From an uncultured Chlamydiae bacterium (GTDB lineage Bacteria; Chlamydiota; Chlamydiia; Chlamydiales; Parachlamydiaceae): a DNA stretch of 64,000 nucleotides. The notes beneath the pieces were generated by a model. The model ran no database searches. It worked only from the letters and a program-made list of their open reading frames with translations, and was not told the DNA's origin. The stretch is from positions 544,001-608,000 of the forward strand of contig CAVWGN010000001.1 of NCBI GenBank assembly GCA_963754655.1. Reading direction: 5' to 3'. Within the stretch, counting starts at the first letter, position 1. The number at the start of each line of letters is the position of its first letter. Both the position numbers and the translations under genes were made by a program. This document shows, in pieces, positions 49,498 to 59,053 of the stretch.

Positions 49498-50118
49498 TCA
49501 ATGGCGTCGCATAATCTTTAATGCAAGATTCAACGCTCCTGTTCCATCATCTTCAATTTGCCCTGATGTGTAAACATAAACTTTTTTGAACTTCATCGTA
49601 AACTGATTGATTTGCCGTCTTGCCTGTTCGCTAAAGTCATCGTGGGTTCCTGGTGAGTCATTTCTTGTTAGAGTACATTCCCAATATGTTTTTAATAAAT
49701 GCTCTTGCCGCTGGTCTATATCAAGACTTCCATATCCATCACCGCCTCTTCCTTCATTAAGATCAATTGGTAGTTGACACCCAGAAATGACGCGTGATTT
49801 TTCGTTTTGATTATGTAGAATCAATGCTGGAAGACCAACCAATTTGATACCCATTCCTGCTATAGCCAGTAATCCAAAAATTGGATAAGCAAAAATGCCC
49901 ACAACTAAATGTGCAATTCGCCAAGACATAGCCTTTACCGAGTCAGAATTGTCTATGCTTTCTGTAATTTTCTTCCCAAAAAACTCTGGAACTTTTTTTA
50001 GAGGCTGGAGTAAGCAGTCTCCGCCGGGCAAATCTTGTGTAGTATAAAGATCTTTAATTATTTTTAGCATATTTTTTCCTTGATTTATTGATAATAAATT
50101 TGCATATGAATATCTCAT
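49498..50118 (-). CDS. Hypothetical protein with a long hydrophobic segment (Inc-like?)
   Basis: IAHLVVGIFAYPIFGLLAIAGMGIKLVGL; start uncertain. Confidence 0.65.
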   Translation of the reverse strand: MRYSYANLLSINQGKNMLKIIKDLYTTQDLPGGDCLLQPLKKVPEFFGKKITESIDNSDSVKAMSWRIAHLVVGIFAYPIFGLLAIAGMGIKLVGLPALILHNQNEKSRVISGCQLPIDLNEGRGGDGYGSLDIDQRQEHLLKTYWECTLTRNDSPGTHDDFSEQARRQINQFTMKFKKVYVYTSGQIEDDGTGALNLALKIMRRH

Positions 50119-50162
50119 AAATATTGTTAATATGCAATAGATTATTAAATAAATGATTTTTG

Positions 50163-50747
50163 CAAAATTAATTAATTCAAGTTGAGATAAATCTTAGATC
50201 GTTCATTATAACTGAATTTTGGCATGGTTCAATTGAAGGTCGCATGTTTATGCCGTCCTTTCAGGACTCGATGTCTTTTTGATAGAACCCAGGCCTCCGC
50301 TTCGCTGCGACCTGGGCTGTAACATGACGGCCCTTCAGGCCTTAACAAGAGATGTTTAAGTCCCTCTTCTATAGTCCCTAAATCATTAATTGGCATAGTT
50401 GAATTGAAGGTCGCATGTTTATGCCGTCCTTTCAGGACTCGATGTCTTTTTGATAGAACCCAGGCCTCCGCTTCGCTGCGACCTGGGCTGTAACATGACG
50501 GCCCTTCAGGCCTTAACAAAAAGATGATTTAGGGACTATAGAAAAGGGACTTAAACATCTCTTGTTAAGGCCTGAAGGGCCGTCATGTTACAGCCCAGGT
50601 CGCAGCGAAGCGGAGGCCTGGGTTCTATCAAAAAGACATCGAGTCCTGAAAGGACGGCATAAACATACGACCTTCAATTGAACCATGCCAAAATTCAGTT
50701 ATAATGAACGCTCTAAGACTTGTCTCAACTTGAATTAATTAATTTTG
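50163..50747. repeat. Palindromic array with three F-family units (two direct, one inverted)
   Basis: Units at ~50220-50347, ~50390-50517 and inverted ~50563-50690; nearly identical to the 9.6-kb copy. Confidence 0.9.
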
Positions 50748-51017
50748 AAAAACTTCGGTAAATAATTTTTTCTGAATTGAAAGTGATCTGAAAAAATAAC
50801 AAGCATATTAAGATTATTACCCAGTGAAAGCTCTCTTGGTTGAGAAATTGTCAATGGATCAATATTAAGTTCATTAGAGAAGGTTCTGAGCGAAGAAGTG
50901 GATAATGGGCTTTGTGATTGAATCTCAGCGCGTTGCCATTAGAAGAGGTTGACAATTATAATTCCTTCAACCTAAACTGTTTTGACCTAATACAATTAAA
51001 ATTATAGGAGTAATCTC

Positions 51018-52160
51018 ATGCTTTCTTTTGTCAATCCATTAATTAATCAAAGTGATTTTATTTTTGCGCCGCCACCTGCTGGAAAGCCCGATCCGCAAGC
51101 CTATTTTGACGGAGAGACAAAACGTGAACGAGTGGTTCAAAAGGCAAAAAAAGAATCAGAGTGTTGGTATACGGTGATGAAATGGCTGCATGATCCTATT
51201 GGAAAAAATTATGCTTCTCAATTTCAAGATGATAGAGAGAACGAAAAAATTGTTAGCCATCGACGCAAAATGCTCAACAAAGCGAGTCGTTCTCTAGAAT
51301 ACATTCTTGAATTAAATTCTGCTTTAAAACAAGCTTATCAAACTGAGAAAATTGGTCTCACGATGGCCAAGAAGCTACTTCAGGAGAGCAAACTAAAACT
51401 TCCGCAAGCAGATATTCAAAAATGTCAAATGGTCCTTCGAGGGTTTGTCACGCAAACTTTAGCTTCTAGTTTTGATGAGTTTGCCATGCATAATTATTTC
51501 AAGATGTGCAATCAAGTCGAAGAAATGTTTCTATTTGGTTTTTATAAGGAAGATGCTGAATTAAACTACTCTGAATTTCAGTGTGAAAAATTTATTCAAG
51601 ATCTTTACAAAGACGCGGCTCAACTCTATACGAGAAAAAGTTGGAAAAACTTGTCATTAGATGAAAAAGCATGGTCACTTAAAAGTATGTCATTTATGAC
51701 ATGCATCAAGGCATTTGATTTGAAGCAATCGACATGGAATCCTCATAAGAAAATCACTGATTTGATGGGTGAAATCAAGCAACAGGGTCCTTTAATGGTT
51801 CAAGGGTACTTTGGAAAACCTTATTATCAAGAGGATGCTGTTATGTTACCTGAAAAGGTGGCTGAAAGGAGTATTTGGGGATGGAAGCTTAATGCTCAAA
51901 AAAAGGAAAATATGGAATATCAATTCCATCCGATCCTCATTGTAGGGGCAAGCAAACAAGAAGGGCGAGAGCGCGTTTACTTTATTGATGGTCTGGATCA
52001 ATCCGATCCTCAAAATCCTCTTGCGAGGCGCATTTATGCGATGAGCTATCGTAAACTCCAAGAAGCTGCTGCAACTCTCGAGTGTGTTAAAATAGATATC
52101 AATGATATGGCACCTAATGCAACGAATTATGCCGTGTCTGGAAAAAGTCGATATCTTTAA
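51018..52160 (+). CDS. Hypothetical protein, putative papain-fold cysteine protease
   Basis: CWY, GPL, HPILIVG, YFID motifs in papain-like order. Confidence 0.6.
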   Translation: MLSFVNPLINQSDFIFAPPPAGKPDPQAYFDGETKRERVVQKAKKESECWYTVMKWLHDPIGKNYASQFQDDRENEKIVSHRRKMLNKASRSLEYILELNSALKQAYQTEKIGLTMAKKLLQESKLKLPQADIQKCQMVLRGFVTQTLASSFDEFAMHNYFKMCNQVEEMFLFGFYKEDAELNYSEFQCEKFIQDLYKDAAQLYTRKSWKNLSLDEKAWSLKSMSFMTCIKAFDLKQSTWNPHKKITDLMGEIKQQGPLMVQGYFGKPYYQEDAVMLPEKVAERSIWGWKLNAQKKENMEYQFHPILIVGASKQEGRERVYFIDGLDQSDPQNPLARRIYAMSYRKLQEAAATLECVKIDINDMAPNATNYAVSGKSRYL

Positions 52161-52181
52161 AACACAAAAATAAACCGAACT

Positions 52182-52269
52182 CTTCCCATCCTGTCGCTTG
52201 CGATCCTACCTCTTCTATTTACATTTGAGAAAAATAAGAGAGTAGAATCACAAGTGGCAGGTAGGAAGC
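52182..52269. repeat. Degenerate long hairpin between convergent genes
   Basis: CTTCCCATCCTGTCGCTTGCGATCCTAC pairs imperfectly with GTAGAATCACAAGTGGCAGGTAGGAAG. Confidence 0.6.
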
Positions 52270-52313
52270 TTAGCTTGAGCGCATCTCTTGCTTAACATAG
52301 ATGCGCTGATTGC

Positions 52314-53369
52314 CTATTGCCAGTAGGCGGGATAACTTAAAGCTCCATCGGCATTATTGACGCTGATCACTTTCACTTGATGAATATAGAGGCCTTGCAT
52401 ATATCCAATGACTAGTAAGGGATTGGTAATGGCGACTTCCGCTAATGATCCTCCGGGAAGTTCCTCATCAGTTTTATCTGCCCATTTCATCACCGCTTTT
52501 TCCACTTCATCTTGTTGAACAATCTGATTATCGACCAGTGGACGAATGGCATAATTAAATAAACTTCCGACAGCTAAAATTTGAGTTTGCGGATCTTTAA
52601 TTTTATTCTTAATAAATTGATCGGTATCTTGAGACAATTGGGCAGCATAGTGAATGGCCGCCTGCATCTCTTCAATTGTCATCGGATTAGGAGATTGGAT
52701 TGTTTTTAAATCTTTATGCTCAATTTTTTGAATCACATCGTTTTTAAAAGGAATAGACGCTGTCTTGCCTTTTTCCACTAAATAGGTTCCCTCATTCGTT
52801 AATGTCGTCAATTGCATGCTTCCCCCTCCAATATCCCAAGTAATTGCATGCTCAGGTTGCACAGAAGTCACTGCAAGAGCGCCTCTAAAAGCTAAGATTC
52901 CTTCTTCGTCTTGATTAATAATGCGGACTTGTACTCCTGTTTGTCGCTCAATTTCTTTTGCAAATTGCTCGGCATTTTTAGCTTTACGAAAAGCAGCCGT
53001 AGCAACAGCCACAACTTTTTTGACATGGTAGCTATCGGCTAGCTCTTTTAAAGCTTTAATTGCCCGCACTCCCTGTTTCATGACTTCAGAATCGAAAGTC
53101 TGATTATCCGATTGTTCAAGATGCTTCTGATAGGGAACAGGAATAGATTGTTCATAGAGTTGAATCAGAATTTTATTTGTTTTAGGATCTACCTTGGCGA
53201 CTTTAAGGTTAGTCGCTCCTGAACCAATATCAATGGCTGCGCGCACCTCTCCACTCGATAGCAAGGCGCGGTTGGCCGGAAGCCAAAAGATCACTAACAA
53301 AATTCCTAAGAATAATAAAATAAAAAGGGATAATGATTTACGGTTCATAAATTTTTTCCTATTATGCAA
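52314..53369 (-). CDS. Ppx/GppA-family (ASKHA) phosphatase with N-terminal membrane anchor
   Basis: AIDIGS, VATAAFR, EEG, DIGGGS. Confidence 0.85.
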   Translation of the reverse strand: MHNRKKFMNRKSLSLFILLFLGILLVIFWLPANRALLSSGEVRAAIDIGSGATNLKVAKVDPKTNKILIQLYEQSIPVPYQKHLEQSDNQTFDSEVMKQGVRAIKALKELADSYHVKKVVAVATAAFRKAKNAEQFAKEIERQTGVQVRIINQDEEGILAFRGALAVTSVQPEHAITWDIGGGSMQLTTLTNEGTYLVEKGKTASIPFKNDVIQKIEHKDLKTIQSPNPMTIEEMQAAIHYAAQLSQDTDQFIKNKIKDPQTQILAVGSLFNYAIRPLVDNQIVQQDEVEKAVMKWADKTDEELPGGSLAEVAITNPLLVIGYMQGLYIHQVKVISVNNADGALSYPAYWQ

Positions 53370-53403
53370 TACATGATTTTTGGAAGAATCAATGCTTTAA
53401 TTA

Positions 53404-53419
53404 TGCAAATACAATGCCA
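53404..53419 (-). promoter_or_regulatory. Candidate sigma54 (-24/-12) promoter
   Basis: TGGCATTGTATTTGCA, GG-N10-GC spacing. Confidence 0.6.
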
Positions 53420-53519
53420 AAAAAAGGGGTTTTTTAAATTTTAAGCGAATTTAATTTTTATGTAAACATAAGTGTTTGATTTCTAATATTTTATAAATTA
53501 TTTCTTGGAAACATTAAAA

Positions 53520-54008
53520 ATGAATGATTTTCTTGTTCAATCCATTCAACAGCTTTGCATTTCTCAAAAATGGACTTTAAGTTTGGCTGAGTCTTGTACA
53601 GGGGGACATTTAGCTGCCCGCTTGACACGCATTCCTGGATGTTCGCATTATTTTTTGGGATCTGTCGTGGCTTATTCAAATGCATTGAAGATAGAGTTGT
53701 TAAATGTTGATGCGCACACATTAGGTCAATATGGCGCAGTCAGCGGACCTGTTGTGAGACAAATGGCACAAGGAGTGTTGAAATTGACGAACAGTCATTA
53801 TAGCTTGGCGGTTTCAGGTATTGCAGGACCAGAAGGTGGATCGTTACAAAAACCTGTGGGAACAATATGGGCAGCCATGGCAACTCGAGGGGAGGAACCT
53901 TTAATCTCGGATTTTTACTTAGCGGGCACGCGAGAAGAAATCATTGAAAAAAGTGTCGATCTTTTACTTTTTCAATTTTGGTCATGGATTGAGGCTAAAA
54001 AATGTTGA
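53520..54008 (+). CDS. CinA/PncC-family NMN deamidase
   Basis: AESCTGG, GAVS, SGIAGP.GG...KPVGT. Confidence 0.92.
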   Translation: MNDFLVQSIQQLCISQKWTLSLAESCTGGHLAARLTRIPGCSHYFLGSVVAYSNALKIELLNVDAHTLGQYGAVSGPVVRQMAQGVLKLTNSHYSLAVSGIAGPEGGSLQKPVGTIWAAMATRGEEPLISDFYLAGTREEIIEKSVDLLLFQFWSWIEAKKC

Positions 54009-54164
54009 TTTTGATGCTCAATTTCCTCTGTCATATTGAGAAATAGGCATAAGTGCTATTCATTTTTAGACACGCCCAAAGCAAAAAAATGAAATACTAT
54101 CATTCGATTCGAAGTTGTATGATTATAGGAGCTTTTGTTAAGCTTTTTGGTTTAGGATGATTTT

Positions 54165-55022
54165 ATGACAGACAATTCATATATGTTGGTCGATAGCGGC
54201 AACGGCCGCAAATTAGAACGCTTGGGTCCTTATCTCTTATCTCGTCCTTGTTCTCAGGCTGTTTGGAAACCGCAACTTTCTAATAAAGAATGGGATAAGG
54301 CTGATGCAATTTTTTCTCGCGAGCAAGAAAATAAATGGACGCATCAACGTCCATTGCCTGCTAGTTGGCAGATTGAAATTGCGGGTCTAATTTTTAAGAT
54401 TTCTCCTACTGATTTTGGTCATTTGGGTGTTTTTCCGGAGCAAAAACCTTATTGGGAATGGATTCAAAAGGCAGTCAAAGCGCATGCAAGTTCGACTTTT
54501 AAACCAAAGGTTTTGAATCTTTTCGCCTATTCGGGAGGCTCAACGCTGGCTGCTGCCAAAGGAGGAGCTACAGTTTGCCATTTAGATGCGTCAAAGGGAA
54601 TGGTGAGTTGGGCGCGCGAGAATGCTGCTCTCAACAAGTTAGATCAAGCTCCCATTCGCTGGATTGTAGAAGATGTCAAAAAATTCCTTACGCGCGAACA
54701 AAAGCGAGGGTCTCGTTATGAAGGCGTGATTCTTGATCCTCCAAGTTTTGGACGTGGAACGAAAGGAGAAATTTTCAAAATTGAGGATGAAATCGTCAAT
54801 CTTTTGCAAGATTGCCGTGCCTTGTTGAGCGATCGTCCTCTTTTTATGTTGTTTTCTTGCCATACTCCTGGATTTTCTCCTCTTGTCATGCAGCACTTGA
54901 TGACTCAAACCATGCAGGGCTATAAGGGTAGCTTAGAAGTAGGAGAAATGGTTCTCGCTGGACAAAATCAAGTATTGGATGTTCCGAGCGGAACTTATGC
55001 AAAATGGGAGATAAAGGGATGA
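54165..55022 (+). CDS. Class I SAM methyltransferase (RlmI/K-like)
   Basis: HLGVFPEQ, VLNLFAYSG, ILDPPSF. Confidence 0.88.
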   Translation: MTDNSYMLVDSGNGRKLERLGPYLLSRPCSQAVWKPQLSNKEWDKADAIFSREQENKWTHQRPLPASWQIEIAGLIFKISPTDFGHLGVFPEQKPYWEWIQKAVKAHASSTFKPKVLNLFAYSGGSTLAAAKGGATVCHLDASKGMVSWARENAALNKLDQAPIRWIVEDVKKFLTREQKRGSRYEGVILDPPSFGRGTKGEIFKIEDEIVNLLQDCRALLSDRPLFMLFSCHTPGFSPLVMQHLMTQTMQGYKGSLEVGEMVLAGQNQVLDVPSGTYAKWEIKG

Positions 55023-55861
55023 TGGAAAAACATCTCACCAGCATCCATAATCCACAGGTTAAACAAGTCTTTCATTTACGCGACCGTCATGAGCGCGATA
55101 AAACAGGGCTTTTTTTGATAGAAGGATACCGCGAAATCTTGAGAGCAACCGATGCGGGTTGGAAATTGGATACCCTCTTGACTTGTTCAGATCTTTTTTT
55201 AGGATCGAATGAACAAGCTCTAATTCAACGCATTGCTTCACGTGGAACAACTGTCATCACCACATCAGAAAAAGTTTTTCAAAAAATGTCTTATCGCGAC
55301 CGTCCCGATGGGTTAGTGGCTATTGCTCCTCAGAGAATGATGACATTAAATGACTTGCATACACAAAAAAAGGAGCCTATACTTCCTTTCTATGTTGTTG
55401 CGGAAGCCATTGAAAAGCCAGGAAATCTTGGGACCATTTTGCGCTCTTCAGATGCCGTGGGGGTAAGTGGACTAATTGTGTGCGATCGCTGTACAGATAT
55501 TTACAATCCGAACGTTGTACGAGCCAGTGTGGGAACGTTGTTTACGGTACCGACTGTGGAAGCAGCAGGGGAGGAAACATTGCAATGGTTAAAAGCGCAA
55601 GGTATTGCCATCTTAGCTGCCACGCCGCAGGCAAGCCATGAATTCACACAAGTAGAACTTGCACGTCCTGTAGCTATTGCAGTAGGGACCGAACAGTTGG
55701 GACTGTCAGAGCGTTGGATGCAAGGAGCAGATCTTCAAGTGCGCATTCCCATGAATGGTGTGGCCGATTCCCTTAATGTCGCTATGGCGACAACTTTGCT
55801 TCTTTATGAAGTTTATCGTCAAAGGCAACAGGCTCAAAAAGATGCTGCTTCCGGTATTTGA
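55019..55861 (+). CDS. TrmH/SpoU RNA methyltransferase
   Basis: PGNLGTILRS, GTE..GLS, IPM.G.ADSLNVA. Confidence 0.93.
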   Translation: MMEKHLTSIHNPQVKQVFHLRDRHERDKTGLFLIEGYREILRATDAGWKLDTLLTCSDLFLGSNEQALIQRIASRGTTVITTSEKVFQKMSYRDRPDGLVAIAPQRMMTLNDLHTQKKEPILPFYVVAEAIEKPGNLGTILRSSDAVGVSGLIVCDRCTDIYNPNVVRASVGTLFTVPTVEAAGEETLQWLKAQGIAILAATPQASHEFTQVELARPVAIAVGTEQLGLSERWMQGADLQVRIPMNGVADSLNVAMATTLLLYEVYRQRQQAQKDAASGI

Positions 55862-56498
55862 AGATAACCATCTCTTAGTGCTAAATAAGCCAGCAGGGCT
55901 GCTCACTCAGCCGAGCGGAACTGAGCAAGATAGCTTAGAGCAGCAGGCAAAAGCTTGGCTTAAGAGTGTCTATCAGAAACCTGGCAATGTCTTTTTAGAA
56001 GCCATCCATCGCTTAGATAAACCTGTCAGTGGAATCGTTGTGTTTGGAAAGACAAGCAAGGCATTATCGCGGCTCAATGCTTCCATGCGTGCCAAACAAG
56101 CACGTAAAATTTATTGGGCTTGGGTGGAAGGAGTGATTCCATTAGATGAAGGAGATCTCGAACATTTTCTTTTGCATGATGATTTCCATGCCAAAGTCGT
56201 TGCAGCTAATCATTCGGGAGGAAAAGCAGCCCATTTAGCTTATCGAGTCTTACAGCGGAAAAATGACCGAACTTTGGTTGAAATTGAGCTCTCTACAGGG
56301 CGGTACCATCAAATTCGCCTGCAGCTGGCTGCATTTGGTCATCCGATTTGGGGAGATCGCAAATATGGGGGACTGCAAAAGTATGAACCCGGAGCAATTG
56401 CGTTGCATCATCAACGATTAGAGCTGCCCCATCCTATTTCATCTACTTGGTTGACTTTCGAGGTTTCACCTCCTACTGCTTTTAGTGCTCTTGAATAG
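55842..56498 (+). CDS. RluA-family pseudouridine synthase
   Basis: NKPAG, HRLDKPVSG, TGRYHQIR, GDRKYG. Confidence 0.93.
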   Translation: MLLPVFEDNHLLVLNKPAGLLTQPSGTEQDSLEQQAKAWLKSVYQKPGNVFLEAIHRLDKPVSGIVVFGKTSKALSRLNASMRAKQARKIYWAWVEGVIPLDEGDLEHFLLHDDFHAKVVAANHSGGKAAHLAYRVLQRKNDRTLVEIELSTGRYHQIRLQLAAFGHPIWGDRKYGGLQKYEPGAIALHHQRLELPHPISSTWLTFEVSPPTAFSALE

Positions 56499-56918
56499 AA
56501 AAAATAAGAATGCCAAAGATAGGTCATTCATTAAACTTTTTGAATATTCTTTGCTAATGTGATATAATCTTCTCATTATAATAAATTTAAGGGCGTAAAC
56601 TTATGAATACTGAGGCTGATCAATATATTCATCAATTTATTGCAGCATAAGGAAGATATAGAGTTTTTTTCGCTTGAAAAAGTACAGCATCGGATCTACA
56701 AACATCCGACACTGTGAAAACAGCAGAAATCGCAGAGATGATTTTTGGTGCCGAAGCAGTGATCTCTTTTGCCTGTTTCTTTACCCGCACTTGGAATTGG
56801 AGCTATTTTTAAAGTTGTGATGTATCCTCAATCAAGGAAAATTCCAAGTTGCTGTGGACAATGCATTTGCAGGATTTGATTATAGATTCTTTATTTAATT
56901 AATACTAGTTAGGTTCAT

Positions 56919-58532
56919 ATGAATATCTGTTTAAATTCATTGTCTCATTATTCAATTTCTTTATTTCAAGAGAAGGTGCTGCCTACTTTAACAGAGCAGC
57001 AAAAGAAAATTTTACTCATCGCTTCTCTCGCCTTTAGTTGTTTGGCTGCATGCTATCTCGTTTTTCGATGCTGTATTAGAGCTACACCTTTAAAAGATCT
57101 TGTAGAGGATTTATCTGACGATCTTGAGGAGCTTAAATTAATAAGGGGGGCCTGCCAACGACTAACTGATGGCACGCTAAGGCATCTACCCAGAGGCCTT
57201 AAAAGGCTGGCTTTAATACTATGCGGGAATTTAACTGATGAGGGGCTAAAAAATTTGCCTGAAGATCTTGAAGAGCTTAATCTAACACGGTGCAGTAAGC
57301 TAACCGATGGAGCATTCCAGAATCTTCCCAAAGGCCTTAAGAAGCTAGATCTATCAGACTGCGGTGGACTAACCAATCCAGCAGCGCTAAAGAATTTGCC
57401 TCAAGATCTTGAGGAGCTTGATCTAAAAGACACTTATATAGGTAATGAGGTGCTTAATCTTAAGGATTTACCCGAAGGTCTTAAAAAACTCAAACTAAAA
57501 TGGGGGTTCCCTAAGCTCGCCTATCATGTCGTTTTAAAAGATTGGCCTAAAAATCTTGAGGTGCTTGACCTATCAGAACGTGTTGCTTTAACAAACATAG
57601 TATTAGAGGACCTGCCCCAGGGTCTTAAAAGTTTAAATCTATCAGGTTGCGAGCAACTAACAGATGCGGTAATAAAAGATCTGCCCAGAACCCTTAAGAA
57701 ACTTAAATTATCATTTTGCACGAAGTTAACCGATGCAATGATCCAGGATTTGCCTAAGGATCTTAAAAAACTTAGTTTAGCATATTGCGATAACCTAAAT
57801 AATGAAGCAATAAAAGGCTTGCCTCAAGATCTTGAGGCACTTGATTTATCAAGTTGCCATAAGTTAACTTACAGTATGATACAAGATCTGCCCAAAGGCC
57901 TTAAGAAGCTGAAATTAGTAGGGTGCAACATAACCGATGATGCGATAAAAGATTTGCCTGAAGATCTTGAAGAGCTTTATCTAGCAGGTTGTAATAAGTT
58001 AACGGTTGCGATGATAAAAGATCTGCCCAAGAGGCTTAAGAAACTGGACTTCTCTGATTGCAAGCTGACCGATGATGCGATAAAGGGTTTGCCTGAGGAT
58101 CTTGAAGAGCTTTATCTAGCAAGGTGTAATAAATTAACGGTTGCGATGATAAAAGATCTGCCCAAGGGGCTTAAGAGACTGGACTTCTCTGATTGCACGC
58201 AGCTGACCGATGATGCGATAAAGGGTTTGCCTGAGGATCTTGAAGAGCTTTATCTAGCAAGGTGTAATAAGTTAACTGCTGCGATGATAAAAGATCTACC
58301 CAAGGGGCTTAAGAAACTGAATCTCTCTGATTGCACGCAGCTGACCGATGATGCGATAAAGGGTTTGCCTGAAGATCTTGAAGAGCTTTATCTAGCAAGG
58401 TGTAATAAGTTAACTGCTGCGATGATAAAAGATCTACCCAAGGGGCTTAAGAAATTTAAATTAGTAGGGTGTAATTGGAAGCTAGTCGATAGAGCATACC
58501 AGGATTTACCCAAGAAGCTTGTAATTTGTTAA
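56919..58532 (+). CDS. Leucine-rich repeat protein with N-terminal hydrophobic anchor, candidate effector
   Basis: Many 22-23-aa repeats LP.(D/G)L..L.L..C..LT. Confidence 0.9.
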   Translation: MNICLNSLSHYSISLFQEKVLPTLTEQQKKILLIASLAFSCLAACYLVFRCCIRATPLKDLVEDLSDDLEELKLIRGACQRLTDGTLRHLPRGLKRLALILCGNLTDEGLKNLPEDLEELNLTRCSKLTDGAFQNLPKGLKKLDLSDCGGLTNPAALKNLPQDLEELDLKDTYIGNEVLNLKDLPEGLKKLKLKWGFPKLAYHVVLKDWPKNLEVLDLSERVALTNIVLEDLPQGLKSLNLSGCEQLTDAVIKDLPRTLKKLKLSFCTKLTDAMIQDLPKDLKKLSLAYCDNLNNEAIKGLPQDLEALDLSSCHKLTYSMIQDLPKGLKKLKLVGCNITDDAIKDLPEDLEELYLAGCNKLTVAMIKDLPKRLKKLDFSDCKLTDDAIKGLPEDLEELYLARCNKLTVAMIKDLPKGLKRLDFSDCTQLTDDAIKGLPEDLEELYLARCNKLTAAMIKDLPKGLKKLNLSDCTQLTDDAIKGLPEDLEELYLARCNKLTAAMIKDLPKGLKKFKLVGCNWKLVDRAYQDLPKKLVIC

Positions 58533-58637
58533 TTACCTTACGCACATGATTCAAAAAATTGAGCCTTTGATCAAAGCATTCCATGATTGAACTCAGGTAT
58601 GTGCATAAAATGAGTTGCATTAGCTTTCTGTGTCGTA

Positions 58638-58905
58638 ATTTTTAGCAGATCGATACGAAATGGTAGAGCGGCAGTAGCCGCTTTCAGTGGGAAGCCCCGT
58701 ATGAAGCGAGCTTGCGAGCGGAATGCGGGGTGGGCATCAATAAAATATCAACCGCGGAAGCGGTGTGAGTGATCTTACGCTGCTTCCGCAGCTCAATGCT
58801 ATCTTGCCTACACCCCGCATTCCACTCGCAAGCTCGCTTCATACGGGGCTTCCCACTGAAAGCGGCTACTGCCGCTCTACCATTTCGTATCGATCTGCTA
58901 AAAAT
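58638..58905. repeat. Long palindrome 'G' (~95-bp arms, one mismatch)
   Basis: 58638-58732 is the reverse complement of 58811-58905. Confidence 0.92.
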
Positions 58906-59053
58906 ATAAACTCCCAAATTTAATCACATCCCACTTGCAAGCATTCTTAATTCATATCCTATCAGGACCAAAACACGCCGGCCATTATACAACCACCAAT
59001 TACCCAGGATCTTCATTGTGATATGACAAGTATAGGGCATGCGTAATTGTTAG

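Noticed and set aside
50229..50519. 96-aa ORF with an internal duplication
   Set aside because: It is a translation of two tandem F repeat units; no sign of a real gene
56603..56860. Possible degraded gene fragment before the LRR gene
   Set aside because: Short broken frames with no recognisable family; cannot be supported without a search
58684..58917. 77-aa ORF
   Set aside because: Lies almost entirely within palindrome G
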